In this document: piece by piece, positions 63,001-64,000 of the stretch
Numbering within the stretch: position 1 is the first letter of the stretch
How the letters are laid out: each line of letters begins with the position of its first letter
NCBI GenBank assembly: GCA_977030845.1
Contig: OZ365111.1
Coordinates: 48,980,001-49,044,000 of the forward strand
Direction of reading: 5' to 3'
DNA length: 64,000 bases
Source: Fimbriosthenelais zetlandica
Lineage: Eukaryota
Translations under genes and position numbers: made by a program
The notes under the pieces: model-generated
The model's input: only the letters and a program-made list of their open reading frames with translations
What the model was told of the DNA's origin: nothing
Database searches by the model: none

Positions 63001-63673
63001 CTATACGCGGTTAGGCGCTGCAGCATTTAGTTTAGCCACTGCTGCATTATAACCATTAATGATATGTTCAACGGAGAAGGTGTACAGTAACCTGAAATTG
63101 CGTTCTGTTGGTTCTGTAAAGCGATCTCCCAAGTATTCTTTTATTGACTCTATAAACGATTCCTCCATATCCTGAAAAAAATAATGTAAGTCATAATTTA
63201 GCCACATAACTCCACATAAATCACTTAAGAGTTATAGTGTTCATTTATACAATATTGAATGAAGGCATGTGTTGCACTCTCGAATACATGTAATGTGCAT
63301 AATTAATAAAAAAAAAAAAAAAAAAAATAATAAAAAAAAAATGTGCACTGCTTCATCAAAACGGCACAAGAAGGACAGAAATGATTGGTAAACCACCGAA
63401 GACATCATGATAAAATTAGGATAATTAGGGAAACCGACCTTGAAATATTCAGGTTTGAAGTCCTTGATCTTGGAGTGCATGCGGCCAGCACGTTCTAACT
63501 GTGAGATGGCTTCATCCACATGTCCATCTGACTTCTCCATCACAGCATCTAACACATTGAAGACACTCATGGCCGAATCCTCAAAAGCTTGGCTATCTAA
63601 CATCTTCTCTTCATCAGTCATCTTCGCTAACTGTTTATGGAGGGCCTTGTGTTCTGGATGGAGCTTGAAAAAC
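63001..63673 (-). CDS. Globin (neuroglobin-like), 3' two exons 63439-63673 and 63001-63171. The first exon is not in the window.
   Basis: FFKLHPEHKAL...FEDSAMSVFNVLD...LERAGRMHSKIKDFKPEYFK|DMEESFIESIKEYLGDRFTEPTERNF. Introns fall at the canonical B12.2 and G7.0 positions and the proximal F8 His is present. Confidence 0.88.
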
Positions 63674-64000
63674 CTGAAGCATGGAATTTAATTGAATTTA
63701 TTCTGTACAATTATATAGGTGCATTTGTTTTATTTTGATCCACAAATGATTGGTAAACCACCAAAGCCTGGTTCTTGGTAAAGGGCAACCATTTGCCTTA
63801 ATAAATCATAGAGATGAGCACATGAAGAAAAAGTACATCTCCACTGTTGCTACTCTAAAGATCTAATTCTAACAGGGGGACTTAAAAACTGCTGCAATTT
63901 CCTTCTAAACAAATGTATCAAATGTCAAGGCGGTGCTTGCATTTTAAAGGTAATCATAGACACGCCATAACACGATTCCCGTATACTCTCCTATCATTTT

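Overview
Eukaryotic, AT-rich metazoan genomic DNA with compact GT-AG introns; it is probably an invertebrate such as a lophotrochozoan, which is an inference only. All gene models were assembled by hand from splice sites and translation. From 5' to 3' the window holds: MOK kinase (-, partial); a 16-exon GABA-B-receptor-like class C GPCR (+); a disrupted orphan type I membrane protein with a helical ectodomain and a TIR/SEFIR-like tail (+, one frameshift and one in-frame stop); a small P4Hc-type 2OG-Fe(II) oxygenase (-) head-to-head with a BBOX1-like dioxygenase (+); three tandem paralogous six-exon orphan receptors (-) with a Cys-containing N-domain, a divergent CUB-like domain, an S/T stalk, a TM helix and very different cytoplasmic tails; a class-V aminotransferase/cysteine-desulfurase-like gene with an MGNGAS N-terminus (+); a DGAT2/MOGAT acyltransferase (-); a single-coding-exon class A peptide GPCR (+); and the 3' two exons of an atypical globin (-). 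Non-coding DNA carries a piggyBac-like non-autonomous element, a ~1 kb foldback element with an 8-bp TSD, several MITE families, decayed LINE ORF2 remnants and minisatellites. The best candidate for an undescribed system is the tandem orphan receptor cluster at 30.1-42.4 kb, which resembles a paired-receptor family. The disrupted TIR-like receptor, the globin with CD1 and E7 substitutions, and the GABA-B-like receptor with altered ligand residues come next.
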